From a virus (lineage: Duplodnaviria; Caudoviricetes), in IMG/VR virus record IMGVR_UViG_3300012952_000101, positions 1 through 27,432 of that record: a stretch of 27,432 nt of DNA; one strand, written 5' to 3'. The notes under the pieces are model-generated. The model was not told the DNA's origin. It searched no databases and saw only the letters and a list, made by a program, of their open reading frames with translations. The translations under genes and the position numbers were made by a program. Positions within the stretch are counted from its first letter, which is position 1. Every line of letters begins with the position of its first letter. Positions 8,737 through 18,538 of this stretch are shown here, in pieces.

Positions 8737-11172
8737 TTATCTTGGGTCAAACTCAGCTAAATCAAACCCATCTAAACTATCTTCATTAGATTCAAATGTT
8801 TGAGCAGGTAAGTTTCTTTTTCTTTGCTCAATCATCTTGGACTGCTGAGTGTTACCCATACTGATTCTATCAGCTTTTGCTTGTTCCTTCTTTTCTTCTC
8901 TCATATCAATCTGTCCTTGCTCCATTCCTCTAAGCTGCATATTATAATTAAACTCCACATCCATTAGTCTACGTTTTAAGTCGGCTTCATTTTTTTGCTT
9001 TTCTATTTCAAAAGCAATTTCCGCTTGTTTGATTTGAATTTTAGCCTGTAACTCTTGTTGAATTTGTTGCATTTTAGACTGCGCAGCTTGTTGTTGTAAT
9101 TGCTGTTGTTGTTGTCCTTGCATTGCTTGTTTTTGCTGCTCCTGTTGTTGTTTTTCAGCAGCGCTTTGTTTTCTCTTTACTTTTAATAATTGATTTGCTA
9201 ATTTTAAATTATTAATAGTTCTGATATCAATCGCGTCTTCTAAATCAATTCCGCCTTGCTGTAAGGCCATCTGAATATTTGCTTCTAATTGTTGTTTCTG
9301 CTCTTCATCTGGAGCCATTTCAATAAAAATACCAAAATCATATAGGTATAAATTTTTAATTTCTTCTAAAATACCTAAGTTGTATTTTCCAATCTGCATA
9401 GCAAATTCATCTTTAAAATCTGCATACTCCAAAACATCTGCCGTTCTAATAGATAGGCACTCAGCTAATCTTTGTGTAATAAACAAACTTGCTTTTAATA
9501 TATGACGTGTAGCTACATTAGAATTTAAGGCTGCTAATTTTTGAACCCCTACTAAAGAACTTGGATCTGGAGTTGAGGCGTCTCTTGCTTCATTTAAGCC
9601 TGTTACTTGTCTTAACATGCCTAAGTAATGATTATAGTTACCTATAAGCATTTGCATTTTACTTTGCCCACTATTAGAAGTTAATTGACTAATAGGCTGT
9701 CGGGCGTTATTAAATTCCCCGTCTTGAGTGTATGATCTACCTACCACACTACCTGTTTGAAAATACAAACGCAAGGCGTCTTCCGGATTGTAAGCAGCTC
9801 CAGTTCCTAAATCTACTTCACTTAATCCATCCGCATCTATAAACACACCGTCTGGCACAACTTTTGACACCACTTGTTGTATTTTTAAGTGCGTCATTTG
9901 AATTAAGTCGGCAAAAGGAATCATTCTTTTAACTAACGACTCATGTGTTCCTTTGTAAGATTTTGGAGCGCATGCTACATAATTTGGCCATGCGTACTGG
10001 TTAGCAGAATTAGGTCTTACCATATTCTCCATCATATCCCATTTTAAAATAATATTAGTACCCATTACCATAACCCCTTCATACCATACATCTATTTTTT
10101 TCTCTACTCTTTCAAACTTACCCTCATCCATCATTTCTTGAGGAGGATTAAATTGATCGTCTTTTTGTACAGTTTTAAAAGTTCCTTCTGCTATTTGTTT
10201 TTTCTTGTAAACGAAAGTATTTGTAGTTTTATAATTAAAATATAAAAGAGTACATGTGTCTCGAGAGAACATACTGTTTTCATACATAGCCGCCACATTG
10301 TAATAGTCGTACCACGCCTGACTGTATTTAGAAATTTCTTCTAAATCTTCATTGGTAATTTCTGGATCTATTTTAACAACCTCTCCAATAGGAACAGTTT
10401 TTAATTCTCCCCAGTAAAATACATCACTAAAATAAGGGTCTTCCGTATAACTGTACACCACGTTTGCTGGGTCCACATATTCCACTCTTATTCCGTCTCC
10501 TTGCTGAAACGTATGTTTACATATACCAAGTCCTAAAGTAGTTATATCTCTATCTACTCTTTTACGAACATCCTCATAATGATTTTCTTTAAGCATAGTG
10601 TTAATAGCTATTTCGTTAGCTATTTCTATTCCCGGCTTATAATTTAATTGCATATACAATTCCATCTCCGTATCCGTTTCTGGTAAATTTTTAGGGCCTT
10701 GAGTAAACATAGGCACTTCAAAGTCTTTTTCTATTTGTAAAAATAAATCTTTAGCCTGAACGTTTTTTTCTACATCTCTTTGAAACGAATTTCTTTTTTC
10801 TGCCGACATAGCGTCCATAGCCACACAAGTTACTTCAAACAACCTGTCTGACATTCCGTTTACTACTATGTCTACAAATTTAGGTATAATAGGAACAGGT
10901 GTCCAATCTAAGTTAAGGTATGACAAATCCCCGTCTACCGACAACTCATCTTTATATTTAGCAATAGACTGCTCTCCTCGAGCATACAGTCTTAGTCTGT
11001 GAAATTCTGCCCATTGATTATAGAACCTACAGTTGTATCCATCTTTCCTAAACCATTCGTATTGTATTGCTTGTCCTACCTGTAGTCCAAACTCATAAGT
11101 TTTCTTTTCTTTATCAGAAACAAACTGGTCTGGAAAGGCGGCTTTATTTATGTCTATTTTTACGTCTTTCAT
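8737..11172 (-). CDS. Portal protein
   Basis: 811 aa directly after TerL (ATGA overlap), 'LDWTPVPIIPKFVDIVVNG' motif, long Q-rich C-terminal coiled coil as in barrel-bearing podoviral portals. Confidence 0.9.
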   Translation of the reverse strand: MKDVKIDINKAAFPDQFVSDKEKKTYEFGLQVGQAIQYEWFRKDGYNCRFYNQWAEFHRLRLYARGEQSIAKYKDELSVDGDLSYLNLDWTPVPIIPKFVDIVVNGMSDRLFEVTCVAMDAMSAEKRNSFQRDVEKNVQAKDLFLQIEKDFEVPMFTQGPKNLPETDTEMELYMQLNYKPGIEIANEIAINTMLKENHYEDVRKRVDRDITTLGLGICKHTFQQGDGIRVEYVDPANVVYSYTEDPYFSDVFYWGELKTVPIGEVVKIDPEITNEDLEEISKYSQAWYDYYNVAAMYENSMFSRDTCTLLYFNYKTTNTFVYKKKQIAEGTFKTVQKDDQFNPPQEMMDEGKFERVEKKIDVWYEGVMVMGTNIILKWDMMENMVRPNSANQYAWPNYVACAPKSYKGTHESLVKRMIPFADLIQMTHLKIQQVVSKVVPDGVFIDADGLSEVDLGTGAAYNPEDALRLYFQTGSVVGRSYTQDGEFNNARQPISQLTSNSGQSKMQMLIGNYNHYLGMLRQVTGLNEARDASTPDPSSLVGVQKLAALNSNVATRHILKASLFITQRLAECLSIRTADVLEYADFKDEFAMQIGKYNLGILEEIKNLYLYDFGIFIEMAPDEEQKQQLEANIQMALQQGGIDLEDAIDIRTINNLKLANQLLKVKRKQSAAEKQQQEQQKQAMQGQQQQQLQQQAAQSKMQQIQQELQAKIQIKQAEIAFEIEKQKNEADLKRRLMDVEFNYNMQLRGMEQGQIDMREEKKEQAKADRISMGNTQQSKMIEQRKRNLPAQTFESNEDSLDGFDLAEFDPR

Positions 11173-13415
11173 CGGATTATTCGGCTTAAATTACTGGTAT
11201 TGTTATATCTTGCAAAGTTAATACTTATTTTTGATTTTTGTTTAGATGGTGTATATAAGTGCTTTTGATTAGCCATTATAGCTAAACCAGAGCTAATCGC
11301 AGCGTCAAATTTAGTTCTGTTGCTTATATCAAACTTAGCCCAATCTTCTAAAGTTTTCTGAAAATACATAGTCCCCATATCTCCCGGATCCCTATAGTCT
11401 CCATTAAAATCTATTCCCACATGTTTCTCTATATAAGATTCTATCGCTGAAGCGTGAGATTGTTTTACGTCTTCGGATGTGTTAGGAATCCCCCCTAACT
11501 CTCTTTCTGTTTTAGATAGTTTGTTGTAAGTTTTATCAGGGCGATTTAAAGAAAAACCTCTGTATCCTCTGTTTTTAAAATGATACAATAATCGAGGCTT
11601 GTTGTTTTCACACAATATAGGCATTCCGTAAAATATACAGGCCATTAAAACTTCTTCAAAAAATATCTCGGCTGTTTGTGGTCTCGCTATATATTCTAAA
11701 AAGAACTCGTTACTTGGAGCTTCTTCCATGCTAAACTTTGTCATTCCATGTAAAGCCCCATTAGAACCCTTTCCAACCACCACTCCAGATATGTCGTAAG
11801 AGTCACAACCAAACGATCCTATATGTTCGTTACCTGGCTTTTTTAACCCTCTTTCTATTACAATTTTGTTTTGTAAATGCTTAGGAGGAGTCCAGCTTAC
11901 TAAAAACCTACCACTTCTATTAGGGCTCCAAATTACTTTAGAATCCTTTATTCCGTTCTCCCAAGAAAAAGAACCTCTTGTTAAATGATGATCCATAATA
12001 AGAGAATCATTATAGTCTATCTGTTGATAAATTTTAGTTAGGTTAAATAAAGATTGTTTACTTTCATCTCTAAAAGCATGAGACTCTGTCCGAGGAAATT
12101 GCCTATAAAATTCGTTTAAAGCATCAGGATCCTGAGTTAAAGAGTCTACTTCGTTTTCCCAGTAGTTTATAGCTCCCACACTGATAAGCTCTCCGTCTAT
12201 ACCTTCTATAGGTTTAATAGGGTTATTTAAAACCGGCATCCCGTATCTATCAATATAGCCTTCAAAGTTCCATTCCATAGGCACAAATAAACAATACAAA
12301 CCGCTTTTAGTTTGTCCATTAGCATTTCTTTCAGAAGGTAAGGAGTCTTCATATAATTTTTTAAAATTACCACCTCCTTTATCTAAAGCATTTGAAGTTG
12401 AACCCATCATACATTTACCTATAATCTTACTACCTAATCGTAAACAGGTTTTGGTTACCCTCCAGTTGTTTAATATATTATCAGGTTTTTCCCATTTACC
12501 ACTCTCATCATGTAGTAGTAATTGTAATTTTTCTCCATCATAACTATTGTCTCCTGTATTTTTCCAATCTATAGTGGTATCTAATCCTTCCAGCTCTTCA
12601 TCAGAAAGTTTGTGCATATTTTTTTTAGTAATCTTAGAGGCTGGAACTCTATATGCTAATTCTGTTTTAGGCTTATCCATCCCATCCTGAATAGGTTTAA
12701 AAAAGAAAGGATAATTATTAGAAATAGGAACTACTTTATCTGTAAACATTTTTTTAGCATCAGACCCTGTTTTTGATAATATACCTATTCGGGCATCTTT
12801 TGTAATGGTCGCTTGATTAACTCCTTCACAAGAACTCATAAATGAAAAACCTGATCTTCTGATTTTTAAATAACACATTCCGAAACTTCTTTTATCTGCT
12901 TTACATGCTTCCCAGAAAATATAAAATATTCTATTGGCCTCTCTAAAATCAGGATGACCAACATCTATTTTAGTCCATTGTAAATACATGTAGTGGGTTC
13001 CGGTAATGTATGTAGGTTTTCCATTATTCATAAACCAGAATCCTTGCTCTCTATAATCAAATTCTTTTTCAATATAATCAACCCATTGAGACTTAAAGTT
13101 ATTAGGAGTTTCATGCCACTGAAAGATAGATTTTATTTTACTTAATTCTTTAGGTAAAACCGAAGGCTCCCAATATTGCTTTTTCTTTTCTTTTGATCTC
13201 GCGTAAATATCACCCGGTGCTTTAGGTAAAGCAATTTTTAAACCGTTAATATCTATAATACTTTCTATCTGTCCTGTTTTAGAAATAACAACTATATCAT
13301 ATTTATCGTTATAACCATACAGCCAGCTTTTTGCTCTGTTTTTATTAGACAAAACAGCTTTAGGTATAATACCTTTTATTTCTGTATATAAATTATTTAG
13401 ACCTTGATTCTGCAA
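11169..13415 (-). CDS. terL: Terminase large subunit
   Basis: Walker A-like LKIRRSGFS, Walker B LLLHDESGKW, motif III MGSTSN, nuclease residues FGCDSYD, CENNK and KFDAAIS. Confidence 0.93.
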   Translation of the reverse strand: MQNQGLNNLYTEIKGIIPKAVLSNKNRAKSWLYGYNDKYDIVVISKTGQIESIIDINGLKIALPKAPGDIYARSKEKKKQYWEPSVLPKELSKIKSIFQWHETPNNFKSQWVDYIEKEFDYREQGFWFMNNGKPTYITGTHYMYLQWTKIDVGHPDFREANRIFYIFWEACKADKRSFGMCYLKIRRSGFSFMSSCEGVNQATITKDARIGILSKTGSDAKKMFTDKVVPISNNYPFFFKPIQDGMDKPKTELAYRVPASKITKKNMHKLSDEELEGLDTTIDWKNTGDNSYDGEKLQLLLHDESGKWEKPDNILNNWRVTKTCLRLGSKIIGKCMMGSTSNALDKGGGNFKKLYEDSLPSERNANGQTKSGLYCLFVPMEWNFEGYIDRYGMPVLNNPIKPIEGIDGELISVGAINYWENEVDSLTQDPDALNEFYRQFPRTESHAFRDESKQSLFNLTKIYQQIDYNDSLIMDHHLTRGSFSWENGIKDSKVIWSPNRSGRFLVSWTPPKHLQNKIVIERGLKKPGNEHIGSFGCDSYDISGVVVGKGSNGALHGMTKFSMEEAPSNEFFLEYIARPQTAEIFFEEVLMACIFYGMPILCENNKPRLLYHFKNRGYRGFSLNRPDKTYNKLSKTERELGGIPNTSEDVKQSHASAIESYIEKHVGIDFNGDYRDPGDMGTMYFQKTLEDWAKFDISNRTKFDAAISSGLAIMANQKHLYTPSKQKSKISINFARYNNTSNLSRIIR
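11211..11220 (-). promoter_or_regulatory. Candidate internal promoter TAACTTTGCA for portal, inside the terL 3' end
   Basis: Full TAnnTTTGYA match about 40 nt upstream of the portal ATG. Confidence 0.5.
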
Positions 13416-13671
13416 ATCCTTTTAATGTATTAGTTTTTTTATCAGCAACTTCTCCATTTAATAAAGCTCTTTCGCTTTCTATTCTGTTTAATATTTCAAA
13501 GGCATCAAATATTGCTAATTTTTTTGTAGCAGCGGCATTTTTTAATCTATCTGCGGCTAACTCATCATCTTTATCATATTTTATAATATCTTCTTTTGCA
13601 ACTTTAATTAACTGTTTTACAGCTTTTTTACCGGCCTCTATTATTTGTAATTTAATTTCTTTACTCTCCAT
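13393..13671 (-). CDS. Putative terminase small subunit
   Basis: Short helical protein overlapping the terL start. Start is ATG 13671 or 13680. Function inferred from position. Confidence 0.55.
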   Translation of the reverse strand: MESKEIKLQIIEAGKKAVKQLIKVAKEDIIKYDKDDELAADRLKNAAATKKLAIFDAFEILNRIESERALLNGEVADKKTNTLKGFAESRSK

Positions 13672-13855
13672 TTTCTTCATGTAATTTTTTTATTTCTTTT
13701 AAAGCCTTATCGTGACCAGGCATGTGTTTTAAGATTTGCAAAACCCCTAAAACTAAATCTCTTGTTTTTTTCTCTTCTAATATTAAAGTTTGCAAATTAG
13801 TAGTTAAGGCTTCTACTTTTGCTTTTAATATTCCAATGTTTTTTTGTACTCCCAT
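13661..13855 (-). CDS. Small coiled-coil hypothetical protein
   Basis: 64 aa, tightly packed in the operon. Confidence 0.7.
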   Translation of the reverse strand: MGVQKNIGILKAKVEALTTNLQTLILEEKKTRDLVLGVLQILKHMPGHDKALKEIKKLHEENGE

Positions 13856-13857
13856 AA

Positions 13858-14436
13858 TTAATTTGATTTATATTTATAAAATATTACGAAAACATTTCTG
13901 CCTTCTTTCCATGATTTATTTGGATACTTACTGTGAAAATAGTTTGCAGGATAAGAAATTAATCTGTTTTGTTCGTATCCAGCCACCGAAACTAATCTCC
14001 ATTTATCTAACTCATTAGCATCTACCCTGATCATTCTGTCATACTCTTCATTATCTACAGAGTCAGGTAATGATGTTCCGTAAATAATATGCTCCCAAAA
14101 AGCGGTTCCGTGTAATTCTTCTAATTCTCGGGGAGACATATATAATACTGCCGCTCTATCCGGTTTTTCTCCCTTAATATTTAAATCAGAATGTATTCTC
14201 CATTCTGTATCTTTATTGGGTGTTGAGGTTCTAAAAAAACTCAAAATATTTTCAACAGGCCGACCTTCTATTAAACCCAGTTTACTTATCATATAATTAG
14301 TAAATGCTTGCGGAGAGTCTTGGGTGTAAAAATTTTTTTCTCCAACCGTATGTTTTAAAAATTCTCCTTTATCCAAATAATCTGTTGCTATTTTAAATAA
14401 ATCTTTGTCTACAAAATTATCTATAATATGGATCAT
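13858..14436 (-). CDS. 2OG-Fe(II) oxygenase superfamily protein
   Basis: HxD (WRIHSD), distal His (YFHS), Arg in GRNVFVIF, 'GTAFW' strand, N-terminal 'IIDNF'. Confidence 0.8.
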   Translation of the reverse strand: MIHIIDNFVDKDLFKIATDYLDKGEFLKHTVGEKNFYTQDSPQAFTNYMISKLGLIEGRPVENILSFFRTSTPNKDTEWRIHSDLNIKGEKPDRAAVLYMSPRELEELHGTAFWEHIIYGTSLPDSVDNEEYDRMIRVDANELDKWRLVSVAGYEQNRLISYPANYFHSKYPNKSWKEGRNVFVIFYKYKSN

Positions 14437-14996
14437 AATATCATAGTTATATTGTTAGTAAACATTCTATATAATTTTTCTCCCTCTACATTAAACTCAT
14501 ATTCACTGTCTGGTGTAAAAGATATTTTATCACCTTCCTTAACCCCTAAATCTTTTAACTCTTTATTTATATATCTAACCGTTCCTATTAAAGGCTCTTC
14601 ATTTCCACCTTTGTATATATACGATTTTTCTAATTCAATAGGTTTTATAAAGCAATATTTGCTATGAGCATTCCATTCTCCATTTTGTTTGTATAAAAAA
14701 AACTGATCTGAATCTATTAAAAATAAATTATCTTTTAAAAAGCTTCTACCGCTTTTTTCCCTTCCATACATATCGTAATAAAACTTAAATACATTATGGT
14801 GAACCAATAATATATCTCCTATTTTAACTTCTCCTTTATAATCTATAGGAAGAGATATTACTTCGGCAAACCTATTAGAGGTTTTGTGGTCTTCTTGAGA
14901 TGTGCTTGTTATAAAGTCTATCCCATTAATATTTTTAGTATTATCGTACCTCCTGTTATTAATAGGAGTAACTATAAAATTATAAGGGGACTGCAT
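14433..14996 (-). CDS. Tandem (two-domain) GroES-like co-chaperonin
   Basis: Start re-assigned to ATG 14996 (TAATG overlap). Two GroES-like units: FIVTP..AEVISLP..VKIGDILL and CFIKP..GTVRY..VKEGDKISF..EFNVEGEKLYRM...I. Confidence 0.7.
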   Translation of the reverse strand: MQSPYNFIVTPINNRRYDNTKNINGIDFITSTSQEDHKTSNRFAEVISLPIDYKGEVKIGDILLVHHNVFKFYYDMYGREKSGRSFLKDNLFLIDSDQFFLYKQNGEWNAHSKYCFIKPIELEKSYIYKGGNEEPLIGTVRYINKELKDLGVKEGDKISFTPDSEYEFNVEGEKLYRMFTNNITMIL

Positions 14997-15214
14997 TAAA
15001 AATTTATATTGTATTCTAATGAAATAGGAAGGGTAGATAAAAACTCTTTCCACATATAAACTTCATTTTCTTTTTGAATCCAGATTTTGTAAGACCCTTC
15101 AACCGCTTGAATTAAGTGAATAGTGTGACTTCCCCCTAAAACGTCTTGCCCTACAATATAGTGCATAGCTCCAGACTTGTAGTCTGCGCCAATTGATATT
15201 TTTCGAATGTCCAT
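14996..15214 (-). CDS. Conserved small hypothetical protein
   Basis: 72 aa 'IRKISIGADYK..AMHYIVGQ', A-rich leader, translationally coupled to the next gene. Confidence 0.8.
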   Translation of the reverse strand: MDIRKISIGADYKSGAMHYIVGQDVLGGSHTIHLIQAVEGSYKIWIQKENEVYMWKEFLSTLPISLEYNINF

Positions 15215-15241
15215 TTCATTTTTATTTAATTGTAATTAATT

Positions 15242-17503
15242 TTATGGTGCCTTTTTTTGTAAAGTTATATATACATTCCCCTGAAAAGGAACGTTAGTCC
15301 CTCCCGCACCTGCGTTATTTAACGTGAGAAACAGCGCGTCACCCGCTCCATACTCAAGGATAGTTGCAGGAGAAGAAGCAAGGGTTGCTGAACAACAATT
15401 TGTTAAAGATGGGTCCGCCTCTATAAACTCACAGGTAGCTACTACAGGAAGTGTTCCTATTTCTTCATCCGGTGGACATATTTGAGTCTTCCAAAGCTGG
15501 AATACAAAGGTGGTGTTTACATTTGTAACAAACTGAAACTGTACCTTACATATTTGCCATATTTCGCTATATAAAGAACAGTCCCCTCCTCCTGGGTTTC
15601 CGTATATTGTCCCCGCCAGTAAGTTTGAATGACTAACGGTAAACCCTCCTGCCGATGGAGCTAACCCTCCTAAATCGGTATTTAAAAGACCCATAGAGTA
15701 CGATCCACCTAAAGCATTGGGAAGCGTGTAATGGTTTGATCCGGTAGGAGTCCATTTAGTGTTATAAAAAGGAACCTTAACTACTTGTTCGGGCGCTGTA
15801 GCTGTTCCTCCCGCAGGAGTTTGCCATGTACCATCTCCTCTCAAAAAAGTAGAGGCCGTCCCTCCTGTCGGCACATACCCTACATTAGATGTTCCTGCGT
15901 ACGCAAATACATTAGCTGTTACAGATCCTGATGCGGCCGCATTAACAGTTATAGCGTTTCCTGTAGAAAGAGCCCCATCGTTAGTACTAAGATCGGTTAC
16001 CCCACCACCTGCGGCTGGAGTTTGCCAAGTTCCATCTCCTCTTAAGAAAGTAGTTGCACTACCCCCTGTTGGAACAAATCCTACATTAGTTGTCCCTCCG
16101 TAAGCATGAGGTTCTACTACCACCGCTCCTACGGTAGGGTTTATAGTTAAAGAAGTTCCTGTTGATGTAGAAGGAGCTGCTGCGGTTACAGAAGACACTG
16201 CTCCTGTTGCTGCTACCCATTCTATTGCGGTAGCCCCAGCGTTTAAACCTAAAACTTGTCCTGCGGCTCCTGTATTTCCTAACGCGTCTTGTATAAGCGT
16301 TGGAATTACGGTAGGGGCTGTAAGGTTAATTCCTGCCCCTGACAATATAATACTGGTAGTAGCACTATTACCAACACTTAAAGTATCTTGTAAATTACAA
16401 CACGTCCCGGTAACCCAAGCCAACCCTGTTCCTGTTGAAGTAAGTATCTGTCCGGCCGCTCCATTAGATCCTGATGTATCTGTAATTTGACCTGGCCTTA
16501 TAAATCCAGATATTGTTATATTAGCATTTGCTCCTCCTGCTGTGTTTCCAAAATCTAATACTGATTGTAAATCTTGAGACCCTGCGCTGGCTGCGGCCCA
16601 CTGTACTCCAGTAGCTGTAGATGTTAAAACCTGTCCAGCTGTACCTGTAGACGCTCCGTCATATAAACTTCCTGTTAACGCAATACCGGCTGTAGTACTA
16701 AGATTTCCAGCGGCACTAAAAACGTTGTTGCCTGACCAAGTATTAGTACCCGCTGAAGTTATAGAAACGTTAGTGTCGAAAGTCCAGAGTCCAGTACCTG
16801 TTAAAGTTACGTTTTGACCAGTAGATGTGCTTCCCGCACTAATAGTACTTTGCAGCCCACAGCAAGAAGCTGGGGGTAATGTGCTTGACCATTCTATTCC
16901 TCCAGCTGGGCCTTGAGAGGTTAAAAATTGTCCATTAGTTCCAGTAGATCCCGTGCTATCTTCTATTTGCCCTGTAACACCGAAAACCACGTCACTGTTA
17001 TTCATGTCAACAACGGTATTATTAAAATTAGTAATACCACCAATATTTACTACAGCAGGACTGTTAACATATAACCCTCCTCCCGCATTAAATATAGTAA
17101 AAGCAGCCCCATCTACACTTGCTTTAATAGTAGTGGTATCGTTTATAGCTAAAGTATCTTGCCAGCTACAACATGATGTAGTAGGAGAATTAATCCACTG
17201 AATACCTGTCCCTGTAGATGATAAGATTTGACCAGCTACACCGGTTGTTGCTTGAGCAGTAATAGTAGTAGGATAAACTGTTCCGACTACTGTAATATCT
17301 CCTGTTAGGTTAATATTTTGTGTAGCTGTATTTCCGGTATCTAAAACAGACTGTAATCCCTGAAGAACACCAGCGCCTCCTATTAATGAGCTAACTAAAA
17401 ATGTAACGGTTTCGTTATTATTACTAACGTCAGTAGCAATTAAAAGGTCGTCCATTGCAGGGACAACCGTAGGATAAGCTTGAGTGTTTTCAATTTTTGC
17501 CAT
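15242..17503 (-). CDS. Tail fibre protein
   Basis: 753 aa, G/T/A-rich, with repeated GxxGQ(V/I)LxSTxxG.xW and LQxxLxxGN units, two FLRGDGTW repeats and an MAKI anchor N-terminus. Confidence 0.85.
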   Translation of the reverse strand: MAKIENTQAYPTVVPAMDDLLIATDVSNNNETVTFLVSSLIGGAGVLQGLQSVLDTGNTATQNINLTGDITVVGTVYPTTITAQATTGVAGQILSSTGTGIQWINSPTTSCCSWQDTLAINDTTTIKASVDGAAFTIFNAGGGLYVNSPAVVNIGGITNFNNTVVDMNNSDVVFGVTGQIEDSTGSTGTNGQFLTSQGPAGGIEWSSTLPPASCCGLQSTISAGSTSTGQNVTLTGTGLWTFDTNVSITSAGTNTWSGNNVFSAAGNLSTTAGIALTGSLYDGASTGTAGQVLTSTATGVQWAAASAGSQDLQSVLDFGNTAGGANANITISGFIRPGQITDTSGSNGAAGQILTSTGTGLAWVTGTCCNLQDTLSVGNSATTSIILSGAGINLTAPTVIPTLIQDALGNTGAAGQVLGLNAGATAIEWVAATGAVSSVTAAAPSTSTGTSLTINPTVGAVVVEPHAYGGTTNVGFVPTGGSATTFLRGDGTWQTPAAGGGVTDLSTNDGALSTGNAITVNAAASGSVTANVFAYAGTSNVGYVPTGGTASTFLRGDGTWQTPAGGTATAPEQVVKVPFYNTKWTPTGSNHYTLPNALGGSYSMGLLNTDLGGLAPSAGGFTVSHSNLLAGTIYGNPGGGDCSLYSEIWQICKVQFQFVTNVNTTFVFQLWKTQICPPDEEIGTLPVVATCEFIEADPSLTNCCSATLASSPATILEYGAGDALFLTLNNAGAGGTNVPFQGNVYITLQKKAP
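15810..16106 (-). repeat. Internal duplication in the fibre gene (201-nt / 67-aa period)
   Basis: AYGGTTNVGFVPTGGSATTFLRGDGTWQTPA vs AYAGTSNVGYVPTGGTASTFLRGDGTWQTPA; ggagtttgcca occurs at 15816 and 16017. Confidence 0.85.
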
Positions 17504-17505
17504 GT

Positions 17506-18096
17506 CTATAAATTAAATCCTGTTAATACTCTATATCTAAAAGTAACTGTTATCGCTCCGTTTCCAAGTGTAGGTCCGTCACCCGGATCAAATGTAAAAA
17601 CAATAGGCTCGTTTACCATGGGGCTCATACTACCCCCATAAGTATTATCTCCAGTATTATCTCTACTCCCATAAACAGCATTCAATGGATATCCTGGTTG
17701 GGCATTATTTACATTGTCTTGATCAAGAGCATATATGTCAGTCTGCCCGTGTGTAGCAGAAAGAGGTGTTCTTATCCACGCTTGATTAGCACAATTAAAT
17801 TGCACCGGTGGTACTGCGGTTTGAGTAATTGTCATAGCGACCAGTTGACCTATCTCCGGCATAACTATTACTCCCGGTCCTTGAGCGGGTATTAAAATAA
17901 TAGGTGTCGCTTCCGCAGCAAGTATTTCAGAAGCCAACAAGGTTCTGCTAAAAGTTTTCCATCCAAAAAAACCGAATAAATCTCCAACTAAACAAGTTTT
18001 AGTTGCATTGTTATCACTAACATCTGTTAAAACTACATAATCATTAGATTGTGGTTTAACTAAAGGATACGCGACTTTATTCTCAATTTTTGCCAT
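17506..18096 (-). CDS. Short fibre/spike protein with the same MAKI anchor domain
   Basis: First about 40 aa are paralogous to the 753-aa fibre. Confidence 0.75.
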   Translation of the reverse strand: MAKIENKVAYPLVKPQSNDYVVLTDVSDNNATKTCLVGDLFGFFGWKTFSRTLLASEILAAEATPIILIPAQGPGVIVMPEIGQLVAMTITQTAVPPVQFNCANQAWIRTPLSATHGQTDIYALDQDNVNNAQPGYPLNAVYGSRDNTGDNTYGGSMSPMVNEPIVFTFDPGDGPTLGNGAITVTFRYRVLTGFNL

Positions 18097-18342
18097 TTAC
18101 TTTTTTTCTTGTTCTTTTTCTTTTTCTTTTATCTCTCCTGTCTCCAGATTAATTACCGCATCCTTACCGTATTTCGTCATCAGGTCTTTTTCTAATAAAG
18201 CAAACTCTGATTTTAACTCTTCTACTCTTAAGCACGCTCCATGCTTTTGTAAGGCTAAATCTCCTAATTGCGTTTTAAGTTTGTTAAACTCTGCGTTTAG
18301 ACTCTGTAAGGCCTCCAATTCTTTTGTTTCAATTTTTTTCAT
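18097..18342 (-). CDS. Coiled-coil protein (possible fibre assembly chaperone)
   Basis: 81 aa heptad pattern ending 'KYGKDAVINLETGEI', directly before the fibre genes. Confidence 0.65.
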   Translation of the reverse strand: MKKIETKELEALQSLNAEFNKLKTQLGDLALQKHGACLRVEELKSEFALLEKDLMTKYGKDAVINLETGEIKEKEKEQEKK

Positions 18343-18372
18343 TTTTAATAAATTTAGATTATAATTAATTTT

Positions 18373-18382
18373 TACAAAGATA
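18373..18382 (-). promoter_or_regulatory. -7 promoter element TATCTTTGTA
   Basis: Intergenic TAnnTTTG upstream of the fibre operon. Confidence 0.75.
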
Positions 18383-18403
18383 ATAAAAGTTATGGAATGT
18401 ATT

Positions 18404-18538
18404 TTACTTTCCTTGACCTCTATATTTTTTAAGATAGTTCTTGCTGGACTTTAAATTACTACTCTTTGATTTAGAGTGAACCCCAGGTCTTTTTTTCTGT
18501 CTATTTCCTCGAAATATAAATGTGGGTGATTTAGCCAT
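18404..18538 (-). CDS. 44-aa basic micro-protein ending YRGQGK
   Basis: Hand translation MAKSPTFIFRGNRQKKRPGVHSKSKSSNLKSSKNYLKKYRGQGK; TAATG coupling to the holin stop. Confidence 0.8.
   Translation of the reverse strand: MAKSPTFIFRGNRQKKRPGVHSKSKSSNLKSSKNYLKKYRGQGK

Noticed and set aside
9050-9160. Poly-Gln/CAA-rich tract as a possible repeat element
   Set aside because: Ordinary coiled-coil region of the portal C-terminus; not a perfect tandem repeat.
15810-16106. Fibre repeat as a DGR template/variable pair or invertible segment
   Set aside because: Both copies are in-frame, direct, and differ mainly at synonymous positions rather than at adenines; no reverse transcriptase or invertase is in the window.
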